Positions 8,689 through 17,987 of a stretch of DNA of 64,000 nt are shown piece after piece. Each line of letters starts with the position of its first letter. Positions within the stretch are counted from its first letter, which is position 1. The position numbers were made by a program, and so were the translations under genes. This stretch comes from Candidatus Eiseniibacteriota bacterium (GTDB taxonomy: Bacteria; Orphanbacterota; Orphanbacteria; Orphanbacterales; Orphanbacteraceae): assembly GCA_016867715.1 (NCBI GenBank), contig VGIW01000007.1, positions 717 to 64,716 of the forward strand, given 5' to 3'. The notes beneath the pieces are model-generated. The model saw nothing but the letters and a program-made list of their open reading frames with translations, did not search any database and was not told the origin of the DNA.

Positions 8689-9617
8689 GCGGCACTCTCT
8701 TGATGATCGAAGGATCGCGCGAGCCCGAGCGCTCCGTCGATGAGATCGGCGCCGGTGCGGGCGCCGATCGCGGCGAGGCGAAGGGATCGCGCGGCGACCT
8801 CGGAAAGGGGCGCGCGCGGATCCCCGAGGATCGAGACGAAGGCGATCAGCGCCTCGGGAAAGCGGCGGCCCGATGCGTGGAGAAGCATCTCGCGGGCGAC
8901 GGGGGTCGTGTGCCCGCGGGGAACGCGCCCGAGCGCGCCGAGGTAGGTGGAGACCGCCTCGCGAGCGATCCGGCCGCCGCGCGAGAGATGAAGAGCCGCC
9001 GCCGCGAGCCCGACGAGACGGTCGTCTCCGCTCGGCGTGAGGCCGGGGCCGAGGCCGGAGAGGGCGAGGATGCGGCCTCGATACGCCTCTTCGCTCACGC
9101 ATCCCCCGAGGAGCCGCGCGGCGATCTCCTCTTCCGCCGCCGGTTCCGGGAACGGAGCGGAAGGCGGGGGAAAGAACTCGACATGAGCACGAAGCGCCTC
9201 GCGGGAAAGGGCGATCTTCTTCTCGGGAAGCTCGAGCGAAATCCCGGGGCCGCGAAGGAGAAGAGCGCGCGCGCCTTCGGCATCGGCGATCCGAAGCGTT
9301 CTCTTTCGAAAGGAGACGGTCGATCCCTCGCGGGGGAGCGGAACCCCACGGGGAAGCGCGGCCGAGAGCGGAACAAGATCCTTGAGGGATGAAAGAAAAG
9401 TGAGCGCGGGGCCCTCCCGATCGTCCGGCCGGAGAACCGCGGCGTGCGCGAAGACCCGCTCCACCCGCCCGCGCCACTCGCTCGTCCTTCTCGCGAGGGC
9501 GGCGTCGAATCGGTCGACGACATGCGGCGGCGATCTCACCCGCCCTTTTCCTTCCTCTTGAGGGCGGCCCGCACTTTCTCCGCCGTGATCGGGAGATCGA
9601 GGATCCGGATCCCGCAA
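8685..9617 (-). CDS. DUF2877-like protein (YlbF / AllH-like third subunit). The true start is probably 60-90 nt downstream of the ORF-track start.
   Basis: Its stop overlaps the fdrA start. It is Ala/Leu/Gly-rich with a TPSGDD motif. Its position in the FdrA-DUF1116 trio fits the E. coli fdrA-ylbE-ylbF arrangement. The annotated 5' end overlaps the XDH Mo subunit by 80 nt, so the start is uncertain. Confidence 0.5.
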   Translation of the reverse strand: MRDPDPRSPDHGGESAGRPQEEGKGRVRSPPHVVDRFDAALARRTSEWRGRVERVFAHAAVLRPDDREGPALTFLSSLKDLVPLSAALPRGVPLPREGSTVSFRKRTLRIADAEGARALLLRGPGISLELPEKKIALSREALRAHVEFFPPPSAPFPEPAAEEEIAARLLGGCVSEEAYRGRILALSGLGPGLTPSGDDRLVGLAAAALHLSRGGRIAREAVSTYLGALGRVPRGHTTPVAREMLLHASGRRFPEALIAFVSILGDPRAPLSEVAARSLRLAAIGARTGADLIDGALGLARSFDHQESAA

Positions 9618-11866
9618 GCGTCGAAGAGCGCGTTCGCGACCGCGGCGGGTGTCGGGATCATCGTGTGCTCGCCGATCCCGCGCGCGCCGAGAGGCCCGTC
9701 CGCTTGCGGCGTCTCGACGAAATCCAGCCGGATCTCGCGGGGGAGGTCCTCAGTCGTCGGGATCTTGTAGTCCACGAGAGATGCGTTCGCGACGCGGCCG
9801 CTCGCCGGATCGACGACGAGTTCCTCCATCATGCCGGTGCCGAGCCCCTGCACGACGCCTCCGTAGAGCTGTCCCGCGATCATCGCGGGATGGATCACGC
9901 GCCCCACGTCGTAGCACGCGGCCACGCGGTCCACCGTGTATTCTCCCGTTTCCGGATCCACGGTCACATCCACCGCTTGCGCGCCGAACGTCCACTTCGC
10001 GACCGGCTTCGGGCTCTGGCTCGTCTCCGGATCCAGATGGATCAACCCTTCTGGTATGAATGATCCGGCGGCCGCGACCGGCCCTCCGATCGTGTGCCCG
10101 TCCGGGAACTGGTATCCCATCGCGAGCTTCGTGATCGGGATCGAGCGGCCGCTCTTCGCGTGGACGACGTTCTCCTCCTCGACTGCGAGCTCCGAGGCGG
10201 GGACGCCGAGCGTCTCAGCGGCGGTCGCGAAGAGCTGATCGCGAATCTTCTCCGCGGCGCGGAAGATCGCGTTCCCCGTCGCCCACGATTGCCTCGAGGC
10301 GACGGTCTGCCAATCGTACGGGAAGGAATCGGTGTCCGGGTTGCCGCGCACGCGAACCTTCTCGATCGGCATGTTCATCGCTTCGGCGGCGAACTGGGCC
10401 GCGACGGTCTTGAGGCCCTGTCCGATGTCGATCCCGGAGATCAGAACCTCGAGAGTTCCGTCCTCCGCGTACTTGAGAAGAACCGACGAGGCGGCGTCGT
10501 TCGGCATCGCCGGGGCCTTCACCGCGCAGGCGATCCCCTTCCCCCGGTTCGGAGAGCGGGGGCGGTTCTCGCGCATCCCGATCATCTCGGCGACCCGGCG
10601 GATGCACTCGTCCACGCGCCCGGCCTCTTCGCCGAGCACCTCGCCGGTGACGGTCGACTTGCCGGGTCCGAGGCAGTTCAAGAGGCGGAAATCCGCCGGA
10701 TCCATGCCGATCTCGCGGGCGACGATGTCCATCTGCTGCTCGAGAGCCCAATGAATCTCCTGCATCCCAAACCCGCGGTACGCGCTTCCGACCGGACGGT
10801 TCGTGTAGACGCCGATCGAATCGCCCTCTACGTTCGGGAACTCGTACGCGCCGCCGCAGGTGTACCCCGCGGCACGCACGATGTTCACGCCGTAGCCGCC
10901 GTAGGCTCCGCAATCCCAAAGATAGTGCATCTTTTGGGCTTGAACCTTTCCGCTCCGGTCGATCCCGGTCGTCAACGTGGCGGTGAGTCCTTGGCGGACG
11001 ACGGTCCCGTAGAACTCCTCCGGTCGGTCGATGAGAAGCCGCACCCAGCGGCCTCTCGCCTTCATCGCGAGCGCGACCGCGATCGGCTCGATGCCGATGC
11101 CGGCCTTCCCGCCGAACCCGCCGCCGACCGCGGGAACGCGGACGGAGATGTCCCCGTGCGGCATCGAGAAGCAGGCGGCGAGGAGGTGTCGGACCGTGAA
11201 GGGGCTCTGCGCCGACGTGTGGACTTCGATCCTTCCCGAGAGGTCCGCGCGGGCGACCGCGACGTGAGTCTCGAGCGCGACATGCTGCACCTGCGGCACC
11301 GCGAACGTGTTCTCGAACACACAGGCGCACTTCGCCAGCGCTCTCCGGTAGTCCCCTTTCCGCACCTTGAGATGGTTGCAGATGTTCGTGCCGCCTCGGG
11401 GACGGATCCAGGGGACGCACTCGTACGCGCCGAGGTCCGGGTGGACGAGCGGCGCGTCCGGTCCGATTCCGGCGACCGCGTCGAAGTTCGCGGGGAGCGG
11501 CTCGTAGTCGACCTCGACGAGAGCGGCCGCCTCGCGAGCGGCCTCGGGTGTCTCCGCCGCCACGGCGGCGATCGAGTCCCCTACATGACGCGCTCGGTCG
11601 ATCGCGAAAATCGTTTGATCCTTGAGATAAATCCCGGTGTGGAAGGGGAACTCGCGTCCCGTCGCGACGGCCCGCACGCCGGGAACGCGCTCCGCCTTCT
11701 CCGTCCGCACGCCGAGGACCCGCGCGTGCGCGTGCGGGGATCGGACCACGTGCGCGTGCAGCATGCGCGGGAACTTGAGGTCGGCCGTGTAGCGCGCGCT
11801 CCCGGTCACCTTCTCCAACCCGTCGACGCGCGGAACGTCCTTTCCGACCCAGCGGGGCGCGCTCAT
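9536..11866 (-). CDS. Xanthine dehydrogenase / aldehyde oxidase family molybdopterin-binding large subunit (CoxL/XdhB-like)
   Basis: 776 aa from MSAPRWVGKDVPRVDGLEKVTGSARYTADLKFPRMLHAHVVRSPHAHARVLGV... and GGGFGGK, which are typical of molybdenum hydroxylases. The upstream ORF-track extension is junk. The ATG overlaps the stop of the 2Fe-2S subunit (ATGA). Confidence 0.9.
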   Translation of the reverse strand: MSAPRWVGKDVPRVDGLEKVTGSARYTADLKFPRMLHAHVVRSPHAHARVLGVRTEKAERVPGVRAVATGREFPFHTGIYLKDQTIFAIDRARHVGDSIAAVAAETPEAAREAAALVEVDYEPLPANFDAVAGIGPDAPLVHPDLGAYECVPWIRPRGGTNICNHLKVRKGDYRRALAKCACVFENTFAVPQVQHVALETHVAVARADLSGRIEVHTSAQSPFTVRHLLAACFSMPHGDISVRVPAVGGGFGGKAGIGIEPIAVALAMKARGRWVRLLIDRPEEFYGTVVRQGLTATLTTGIDRSGKVQAQKMHYLWDCGAYGGYGVNIVRAAGYTCGGAYEFPNVEGDSIGVYTNRPVGSAYRGFGMQEIHWALEQQMDIVAREIGMDPADFRLLNCLGPGKSTVTGEVLGEEAGRVDECIRRVAEMIGMRENRPRSPNRGKGIACAVKAPAMPNDAASSVLLKYAEDGTLEVLISGIDIGQGLKTVAAQFAAEAMNMPIEKVRVRGNPDTDSFPYDWQTVASRQSWATGNAIFRAAEKIRDQLFATAAETLGVPASELAVEEENVVHAKSGRSIPITKLAMGYQFPDGHTIGGPVAAAGSFIPEGLIHLDPETSQSPKPVAKWTFGAQAVDVTVDPETGEYTVDRVAACYDVGRVIHPAMIAGQLYGGVVQGLGTGMMEELVVDPASGRVANASLVDYKIPTTEDLPREIRLDFVETPQADGPLGARGIGEHTMIPTPAAVANALFDACGIRILDLPITAEKVRAALKRKEKGG

Positions 11867-12369
11867 CCCGTCTTCTCCTCCGGCGCGCGGGCGGCCTCGC
11901 CGCGCATCGCGGCGGCCGCGGCGAGGACCGCGTCGATGATCTGCCGGTATCCGGTGCAGCGGCAGAGGTTCCCGGAAAGCGCGGATCGAATCTCCGCCTC
12001 GGTCGGGCTCGGGTTCTCGCGGAGGAGCGCGAGCCCGGCGAGAATCATGCCGGGGGTGCAGAAGCCGCATTGCACGGCGGTATGCGCGAGGAACGCCGAC
12101 TGGAGCGGATGGAGGCGCGAGGCGTCCCCGATCCCCTCGATCGTCGTCACCGAGCAGCCGTCCGCCTCGACGGCGAGCATGAGACAGCTGTTCACCGGCT
12201 TGTCGTCGACGAGGACGATGCAGGAACCGCATTCCCCCTCGCCGCACCCCTCCTTCGCGCCGGTCAGGTCGAGCGTGTCCCGAAGAAAGGAGAGGAGCGT
12301 TTGGTTCGAGGGAACCGTCCGGCTTTCCTCGAGACCATTGACCCGCAAAGTGATCGTGTGCTCCGTCAT
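11863..12369 (-). CDS. Molybdenum hydroxylase (2Fe-2S)-binding small subunit (CoxS/XdhC-like)
   Basis: 168 aa: MTEHTITLRVNG...CGEGECGSC...CGFCTPGMIL...CRCTGY. Both plant-type and second 2Fe-2S cysteine motifs are present. Confidence 0.9.
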   Translation of the reverse strand: MTEHTITLRVNGLEESRTVPSNQTLLSFLRDTLDLTGAKEGCGEGECGSCIVLVDDKPVNSCLMLAVEADGCSVTTIEGIGDASRLHPLQSAFLAHTAVQCGFCTPGMILAGLALLRENPSPTEAEIRSALSGNLCRCTGYRQIIDAVLAAAAAMRGEAARAPEEKTG

Positions 12370-13289
12370 TTCGTTCGCCGGTCGAGCGCGGCGGCCCCGC
12401 GCCTCACGAGAACGCCCACCATCTCGCGCCGATACGCGGCGGTTCCCCGAAGATCGGTGATCGGGCGGCACGCCTCGCGCGCGATCTCGGCCGCCCGAGG
12501 CGCGGCGGCGGCTCCGTTTCGGTCGAGACAGGCCTCCGCCTCGGGAACGCGGAGCGGCGTCGGCGCGACCGAGGCGAGCGCCACGCGATGGCGTCCCGGA
12601 TCTTCTCCGTTCGAGCGCGCGACGAGCACGCCGACGGTCGCGAGGTCCATGCCGCGCCGGCGCGACAAACGGAAGTAGGCTCCGCGCCATCCCGACGCCG
12701 CGAGAGGGAGAACGACCTCCGTGACGAGCTCGCCCGGAAGGAGGGAGGTCTCGCCGGGTCCCGTGAAGAAATCCGCGATCCGGATCGCGCGCGATCCGGA
12801 CGGTCCGCACGCCGCCGCTTCCGCGTCCAAGGCGAGGAGGGCGACCGCCGTGTCCGCCGCCGGCGAGGCGTTGCAGATGTTCCCGATCATCGTCGCTCGG
12901 CTCCGGAGAGGCCGCGCGCCCACCCGCGTGCAGCATTCGGCGAGCAAAGGATACCGTTCGCGGACGATCGGATGCTCGGCGATCGCCGCGAGGGGAACCG
13001 CCGCCCCGATCGAAAGGTCTCCGTTCGTTCTCTCGCGGATCGCGGAGAGATCGTCGATCCTCTTGATGTCGATGAGAAGCCTCGGCGCGCGCTTCCCGAT
13101 CCTCATCTGCGTGAGGAGGTCGGTTCCTCCCGCGAGATAGGCGGCGCCGGGGCTCTCCCCCCACCGGGAGACCGCCTCTTCGACGGTCCTGGCGGCCGCG
13201 TATTCGAATCGGGAGAGAAGCACGGCGAATCCCCTACGGGCTCGGATCGAAAAGTTGAAGTCCGTAACAATCGCGTCTGACGAGCTCAC
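12366..13289 (-). CDS. Molybdenum hydroxylase FAD-binding medium subunit (CoxM/XdhA-like). The ORF-track start at 13289 is a GTG; an alternative GTG at 13223, preceded by AGGGGA, is more likely.
   Basis: AYLAGGTDLL FAD motif, and CO-dehydrogenase-flavoprotein C-terminal region. The 13289 start would overlap the DUF35 gene by 55 nt. Confidence 0.85.
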   Translation of the reverse strand: MSSSDAIVTDFNFSIRARRGFAVLLSRFEYAAARTVEEAVSRWGESPGAAYLAGGTDLLTQMRIGKRAPRLLIDIKRIDDLSAIRERTNGDLSIGAAVPLAAIAEHPIVRERYPLLAECCTRVGARPLRSRATMIGNICNASPAADTAVALLALDAEAAACGPSGSRAIRIADFFTGPGETSLLPGELVTEVVLPLAASGWRGAYFRLSRRRGMDLATVGVLVARSNGEDPGRHRVALASVAPTPLRVPEAEACLDRNGAAAAPRAAEIAREACRPITDLRGTAAYRREMVGVLVRRGAAALDRRTK

Positions 13290-13632
13290 GGACGAGCCCC
13301 GGACGCGCCTCGAGGAGCGCTCCCGTCTTCGGTTTCTCCGTCATGAGCACGCCCACCGCGCGGATCCCGTTCGTGAACTCGACCACGCCGAAGGCGAGGC
13401 TCGGCCGGTCGATCCCCTCGGGGAGGGCGTAGATCCTCGTCCACGTGAGGAGCTTGCAAGGGCCGCCGAGCGGGACTTTCTCGAAGTCGGAATACACGGT
13501 CGTCGAGGGATCGCGGCGGTTCCGGCACTTCCGGCAGATCATCGGCGCGGGATAGTAGAGCGCGCCGCACTCGGGGCATCGATACGCGTAGACGTTTCGG
13601 TCGACGGCGTAGAGCTCGGTCGTGGTCGGCAT
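13234..13632 (-). CDS. DUF35 Zn-ribbon/OB-fold protein (thiolase-associated)
   Basis: 132 aa with a CPECGALYYPAPMICRKC zinc ribbon followed by an OB-fold. It lies 3 nt after the thiolase stop, the canonical SCP-x-thiolase/DUF35 pair. Confidence 0.8.
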   Translation of the reverse strand: MPTTTELYAVDRNVYAYRCPECGALYYPAPMICRKCRNRRDPSTTVYSDFEKVPLGGPCKLLTWTRIYALPEGIDRPSLAFGVVEFTNGIRAVGVLMTEKPKTGALLEARPGLVRELVRRDCYGLQLFDPSP

Positions 13633-13635
13633 GGT

Positions 13636-14814
13636 CTACTCCTTGGCGAGGATCGTCGCGACGACGTTGTTTCCGAAGCCTCCGAAGTTGACTGCGAGAC
13701 CGTAGCGCGGGTTCTTCACGCGCCGCCCTTCCTCCGCCTCTCCGCGGAGCTGCTTCACGATCTCGTGGATCTGGGAGACGCCGGTCGCGCCGACCGGGTG
13801 CCCTTTCGCCTTGAGGCCGCCCGACGTGTTGATCGGGATGCGCCCTCCGATCTCGGTTTCGCCCCGTTCGATCGCCTTCTTCGCTCCGCCCTTCGGGAAG
13901 AAACCGACCTCCTCGCTCTCGGCGACCTCGAGGATGAGAAACGCGTCGTGCAGCTCCGCGAAGGAGATCTCCTTCGGACCGATCCCCGCCATCGCGTACG
14001 CCCGCTCGGCGGCGAGCCGAACCGCCTTGAGATCGAGAAGGTCGTCCCGATTGAACACGCAATGCGTGTCGGTCGCCTGTCCGATCCCCGCGATGCGGAT
14101 CGGTCTCTTCTTGAACCGTCCGGCCGTATCCATCGCGGTAAGCACGACCGACGCGGCCCCGTCGGAAACGGGACAAAGGTCATAGAGACGTAAAGGATCC
14201 GCCATCACCGGGTTCACGACCTCCCGGTGCGGTCCGTCATAGATCCCGTCGATGCTCGCCGTCTCCTCGATGTGGGCGAAGGGGTTCTTCTCCGCGTTCT
14301 GGTGCGCCTTCACCGCGATCATCGCGAGATGCTTTTCCGTAAGGCCGTGCCGTTCCATGTACGCGCGCGTGAACATCCCGCCGTACGCGGGGAGCGTGAG
14401 CCCGTAGGGGTACTCCGCGTCCGGATGCGTGAGCGTGGCGACGAAATCGGTCGCCTTCCATCCGGTCGTTTCGCGCATCCGCTCGCCGCCGGTCACGAGG
14501 ACCGTGTCCGCCATCCCGGCCGCGATCGCGAGATACCCGCACTTGACCGCGGAAGCGCCGGAGGCGGGGCCGTTCTCGATCGTCTCCGCCATCGCCGGCT
14601 CGAGGAAGATGCGCGAGACGAGCGCCGAGGCGATCCCGGTCTGGTTGTTGATCGCTCCCGCCCCCATGTTGGCGACGAAGACCTGGTCGATGCCCCCCTC
14701 GATGCCCGCGTCCTTGAGCGCCTCGAGAGACGACCAGGCCATGATGTCCACGAGGTCGTAGTCCAAGCGGCCGAACTTCGTGTGTCCGATCCCGGCGATT
14801 CCGACCGCCCTCAT
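13636..14814 (-). CDS. Thiolase-family protein (SCP-x / nonspecific lipid-transfer-protein-type acetyl-CoA C-acyltransferase)
   Basis: 392 aa: MRAVGIAGIGHTKFGR... with active-site Cys context SGASAVKCGYLAIAAG and C-terminal NTSGGLKAKGHPVGATG. Confidence 0.85.
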   Translation of the reverse strand: MRAVGIAGIGHTKFGRLDYDLVDIMAWSSLEALKDAGIEGGIDQVFVANMGAGAINNQTGIASALVSRIFLEPAMAETIENGPASGASAVKCGYLAIAAGMADTVLVTGGERMRETTGWKATDFVATLTHPDAEYPYGLTLPAYGGMFTRAYMERHGLTEKHLAMIAVKAHQNAEKNPFAHIEETASIDGIYDGPHREVVNPVMADPLRLYDLCPVSDGAASVVLTAMDTAGRFKKRPIRIAGIGQATDTHCVFNRDDLLDLKAVRLAAERAYAMAGIGPKEISFAELHDAFLILEVAESEEVGFFPKGGAKKAIERGETEIGGRIPINTSGGLKAKGHPVGATGVSQIHEIVKQLRGEAEEGRRVKNPRYGLAVNFGGFGNNVVATILAKE

Positions 14815-15485
14815 CGCTTGAACCCCGGAATCTGCGGGTACTCGTCCGGAAGGACGAGCGTGTCCGCGGTGCGAAGAACCTCCGGCGGGACGGGGCGCGT
14901 GCCGGCGAGAAGCCGCGTCTTGTACAGGTCGTACAGCTTCCTGGTGAGCGCGTACGACCCGACGCCGCCGAGCTCGTGCTGGAAATCAGGTCTCGGCTCG
15001 AGCTGGTACTCGATCATCCACCGCTTGAAGCCGAGGTAGCTCTCCGCGACGATGAAGACCTCTTCCTGATTCAGGACATCCATGTGATGTTCCATCTTGG
15101 CGGCGAACATGTGGGCGCCGCAACGAAGGCCCCGATGGATCGTCAGCGTGTGATAGCTCATTCCGCGTTTCTCGTCGATCATCCGTCCGTTCACGAGGCT
15201 CGCGATCACGCCGTCGATCGTGCCGACGAGGCAGTACGGATCGAGCGTGCGGTGGAGATACTGGCTCAAGAGCTCGGCGTACATGCGCGCCGCCACGATG
15301 TCGTAGAAATCCTTGCGAACGCGGACGAGAGGTTCGATCGCCTCGAGAAGAATTGGGATGTCGTCCCCCTCGGCCTGGCGCACGACGAGAGTCTTGCCGG
15401 ACGCGAGGACGATCATTTTCGGAGGATAGGGCGGCATCGCCCGCGCGGGCGGCCGGAGCCTCTTCTCGAGTTCGTCCAGGATCAT
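14811..15485 (-). CDS. Hypothetical protein, probably a GNAT-fold acyltransferase
   Basis: 224 aa. Weak GNAT motif-A-like HRGLRCGAHMF. Its stop overlaps the thiolase start by 4 nt, so it is co-transcribed. Confidence 0.45.
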   Translation of the reverse strand: MILDELEKRLRPPARAMPPYPPKMIVLASGKTLVVRQAEGDDIPILLEAIEPLVRVRKDFYDIVAARMYAELLSQYLHRTLDPYCLVGTIDGVIASLVNGRMIDEKRGMSYHTLTIHRGLRCGAHMFAAKMEHHMDVLNQEEVFIVAESYLGFKRWMIEYQLEPRPDFQHELGGVGSYALTRKLYDLYKTRLLAGTRPVPPEVLRTADTLVLPDEYPQIPGFKR

Positions 15486-15607
15486 GAACGCTCCTTTCGC
15501 GAGAGGGGGCGGGCGCCGGAACCGAGCGGGACGAACGGATCGACGCCCGCCCTATGATCGTAAGACGCGCGCCGTGTTCGGCGCAAGAGGCGTTCGCGTG
15601 AACCGTG

Positions 15608-17812
15608 CTACCGCCGGACGCGAATAGAGACCGAGTCCCGGCCCTTCCATTCGGTTTCGAGAGTCCCCTCGTCGAGGAGAAGCCGGACGAACGTCTTCCT
15701 CTGCGGCTCTTTCCAGTACCCGTCGACGATGCGCGAGGCGAGGCGCACGACGCCCCGCGTCTCTCTCGCCTCGAACTCGGTGATCCGAAACGCTCCTTTC
15801 CGGTACTCGAGGCTTTCTCCGTCGTCCTCGTAGAGGGTCCCCTTCGCGCGCCCTTCGGCGTCCAGCCGGACGAGGAGCGTGAGCGGATCGAGCGGCTTCT
15901 CTCCGGTGTGCTGCATGACGGGACCGATCGGGACGATCGCCCCGCCGCGAATGTAGAGCTCCGGAAGATCGGGATCCTCTTCGCCCGCGGTCTCTTCCCA
16001 CGGGATCTTCTTCCAGTCGCCGATCGGCATCACGGGCACGCGGTCGCGCTTCGGGGTCGTCCGCGCCGAGACGAGAAGGTCCGCTCCGAGAAGGAACGCG
16101 TCGTCCTCGGATCGAAGATCCGGGTCGGAAGGGTCGGCGAAGAAGAGGGGTCTCGCGACCGGAAGCCCGGTGAGCGATGTCTCGCGGAAGACGGTGTAGA
16201 GATACGGCATCAAGCGGTAGCGGCGCTCGATCGCCCGCCGGCACGTCGCCTCGGTTTCCGGCCCGAACGACCACGGCTCCTTATCGATGTTCCCCTTCGC
16301 GGTGTGTCCCCTCGCGAACGGAAAGAGCGCGCCGATCCCCATCCATCGCGCGAAGAGCGCGGCGTCCCCCGCTTCGGCGAAGCCGCCGATATCCGGCCCG
16401 CTGAACGGCTGGCCGGAGAGCCCGAGGTTCAAGACGTTCGGGATCGAGACGTCCAAGTGGTACCAAGTCGCCAGGTTGTCGCCGCTCCACGCCGCCGCGT
16501 AACGCTGTCCGCCGAGATGGTTCGCGCGTGAAAGAACGAACGGCCGCTTGTCGGGGCGCGCGAGAAGAGCGCCCTCCCGGGTTGCGCGCGCCATCAGCAT
16601 GCCGTACGCGTTGTGATAGCGCGCGTGCGTGTCCGCTCCGCCGAGCGCCTCGTCCGCCCGGTGGATGTTCGAGAGGGGCATCGTCTTGTCCCACACGTCG
16701 AAGACCGCCGGCTCGTTCATGTCGACCCAAACCCCCCCGATCCCTCGCGCGAGGAAGTCCGCGACGAGATTCGCCCACCAGTCGCGCGCCGCGGGAAGCG
16801 TGAAGTCGGGGAAGACGCATTCGCCCGGCCAGACCCGCCCCGTGTACGGGCTTCCGTCCGCGCTCTCCACCCAGAGATTCCTCTCGCTTCCCGTGTCGTA
16901 CACGCCATACCCGTCTTCCTTCTTGATGCCCGGATCGAGAATCCAGACGGTGTGAAAGCCCCGCGTGCGCAGGTCCTCGTTCAGGCCGAGCGGATCCGGG
17001 AAGCGGGTCGGATGAAACGTGAAGGATCGAAAGCCGTCCATGTAGTCGATATCGAGCCAGACCACATCGCACGGGATTTCCTTCTCACGAAACGCGCGCG
17101 CGATCTCCCGCACGCGCTCATCCGGAAAATACGAATAGCGGCATTGGTGGTAGCCGAGCGCCCAGAGCGGGGGAAGCGGCATGTGTCCGGTGAGATCGGC
17201 GAGCGCGCGCACGACCTCGTCCGGGGATTCGCGGTCGATCGCGAGCACCGCGAACGGCGGACCTTCGGTGATGAAGAGGATGTCCCCCGCGAGGTCGAGA
17301 TGGCTCCGGTAGGTCGTTTCGAAGAGGAGCCCGAACGCGGTTCCGTCCGCGCGGACCGCGAGCACCCAAGGATGCGATTGATAGAGATGAGGGGTTTCGT
17401 CTCCCCATCCGAACGCGTCGTGATTCCAGAGCGTCGTTCTCCGCCCGTTTCGGAGAAGCGGTCCCGGGACCAAGCCGGTCCCATACAGGCTCGTTCCCTC
17501 GTCGATCCTCACGCGGACGCCGTTCCGATTGTGAAGATTCTCGAACCGCGGCCGCACCGGGAAGTCCGCAGGCGCGGGCTGGATCTCCGCGAGCGGTTCC
17601 CGGAGCGCGATCGACGGCGCGGCGCCCGCCCGCGCTTCCTCCGATTCGTGGAAGCGGACGATTCGTTCTCCGACGAGATAGGCCGCCGGGTCGGCGAGCG
17701 CCTCGGACCCGATCGCGAGCGCGAGAATCACGAAGAGGAATCGCAGGGCGAACCTCGGCGCGATCGATTCGGAGCTTCTTTGTTTCTTCCTTCTCATCGT
17801 TGGTCCGCTCAC
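15608..17812 (-). CDS. Glycoside hydrolase family 31 alpha-glucosidase, secreted
   Basis: 734 aa. Signal peptide ...FLFVILALAIGSEALA. GH31 signature blocks are VWLDIDYMDGFRSFTF and GIGGVWVDMNEPA (catalytic Asp), plus WSGDNLATW. Confidence 0.9.
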   Translation of the reverse strand: MSGPTMRRKKQRSSESIAPRFALRFLFVILALAIGSEALADPAAYLVGERIVRFHESEEARAGAAPSIALREPLAEIQPAPADFPVRPRFENLHNRNGVRVRIDEGTSLYGTGLVPGPLLRNGRRTTLWNHDAFGWGDETPHLYQSHPWVLAVRADGTAFGLLFETTYRSHLDLAGDILFITEGPPFAVLAIDRESPDEVVRALADLTGHMPLPPLWALGYHQCRYSYFPDERVREIARAFREKEIPCDVVWLDIDYMDGFRSFTFHPTRFPDPLGLNEDLRTRGFHTVWILDPGIKKEDGYGVYDTGSERNLWVESADGSPYTGRVWPGECVFPDFTLPAARDWWANLVADFLARGIGGVWVDMNEPAVFDVWDKTMPLSNIHRADEALGGADTHARYHNAYGMLMARATREGALLARPDKRPFVLSRANHLGGQRYAAAWSGDNLATWYHLDVSIPNVLNLGLSGQPFSGPDIGGFAEAGDAALFARWMGIGALFPFARGHTAKGNIDKEPWSFGPETEATCRRAIERRYRLMPYLYTVFRETSLTGLPVARPLFFADPSDPDLRSEDDAFLLGADLLVSARTTPKRDRVPVMPIGDWKKIPWEETAGEEDPDLPELYIRGGAIVPIGPVMQHTGEKPLDPLTLLVRLDAEGRAKGTLYEDDGESLEYRKGAFRITEFEARETRGVVRLASRIVDGYWKEPQRKTFVRLLLDEGTLETEWKGRDSVSIRVRR

Positions 17813-17987
17813 CCCTCAGGATCGAGCGCGGCTCCTCGTTCGTCGAAAGGCCCCCGCTCGATCGGTTCGACCCATTGTAACCGAGGAGCGTCTCCGACCC
17901 TCCCGCGAAAAGGGGAGCCGCTCGGCCGGCCGTCCGAGCGGTATCTCCGGATCGCGTTGTGCCGCAATGGATTAAGAGGTCTAAAAA

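Noticed and set aside
8680-8705. Apparent 1-nt discrepancies between the printed sequence and the ORF-track frames, for example an extra t at the 8700/8701 line break and an extra g at 50040/50041
   Set aside because: This is treated as a display or transcription artefact, not a biological frameshift. All ORF-track proteins are internally consistent. CDS coordinates were therefore derived arithmetically from ORF-track ends rather than by counting printed bases.
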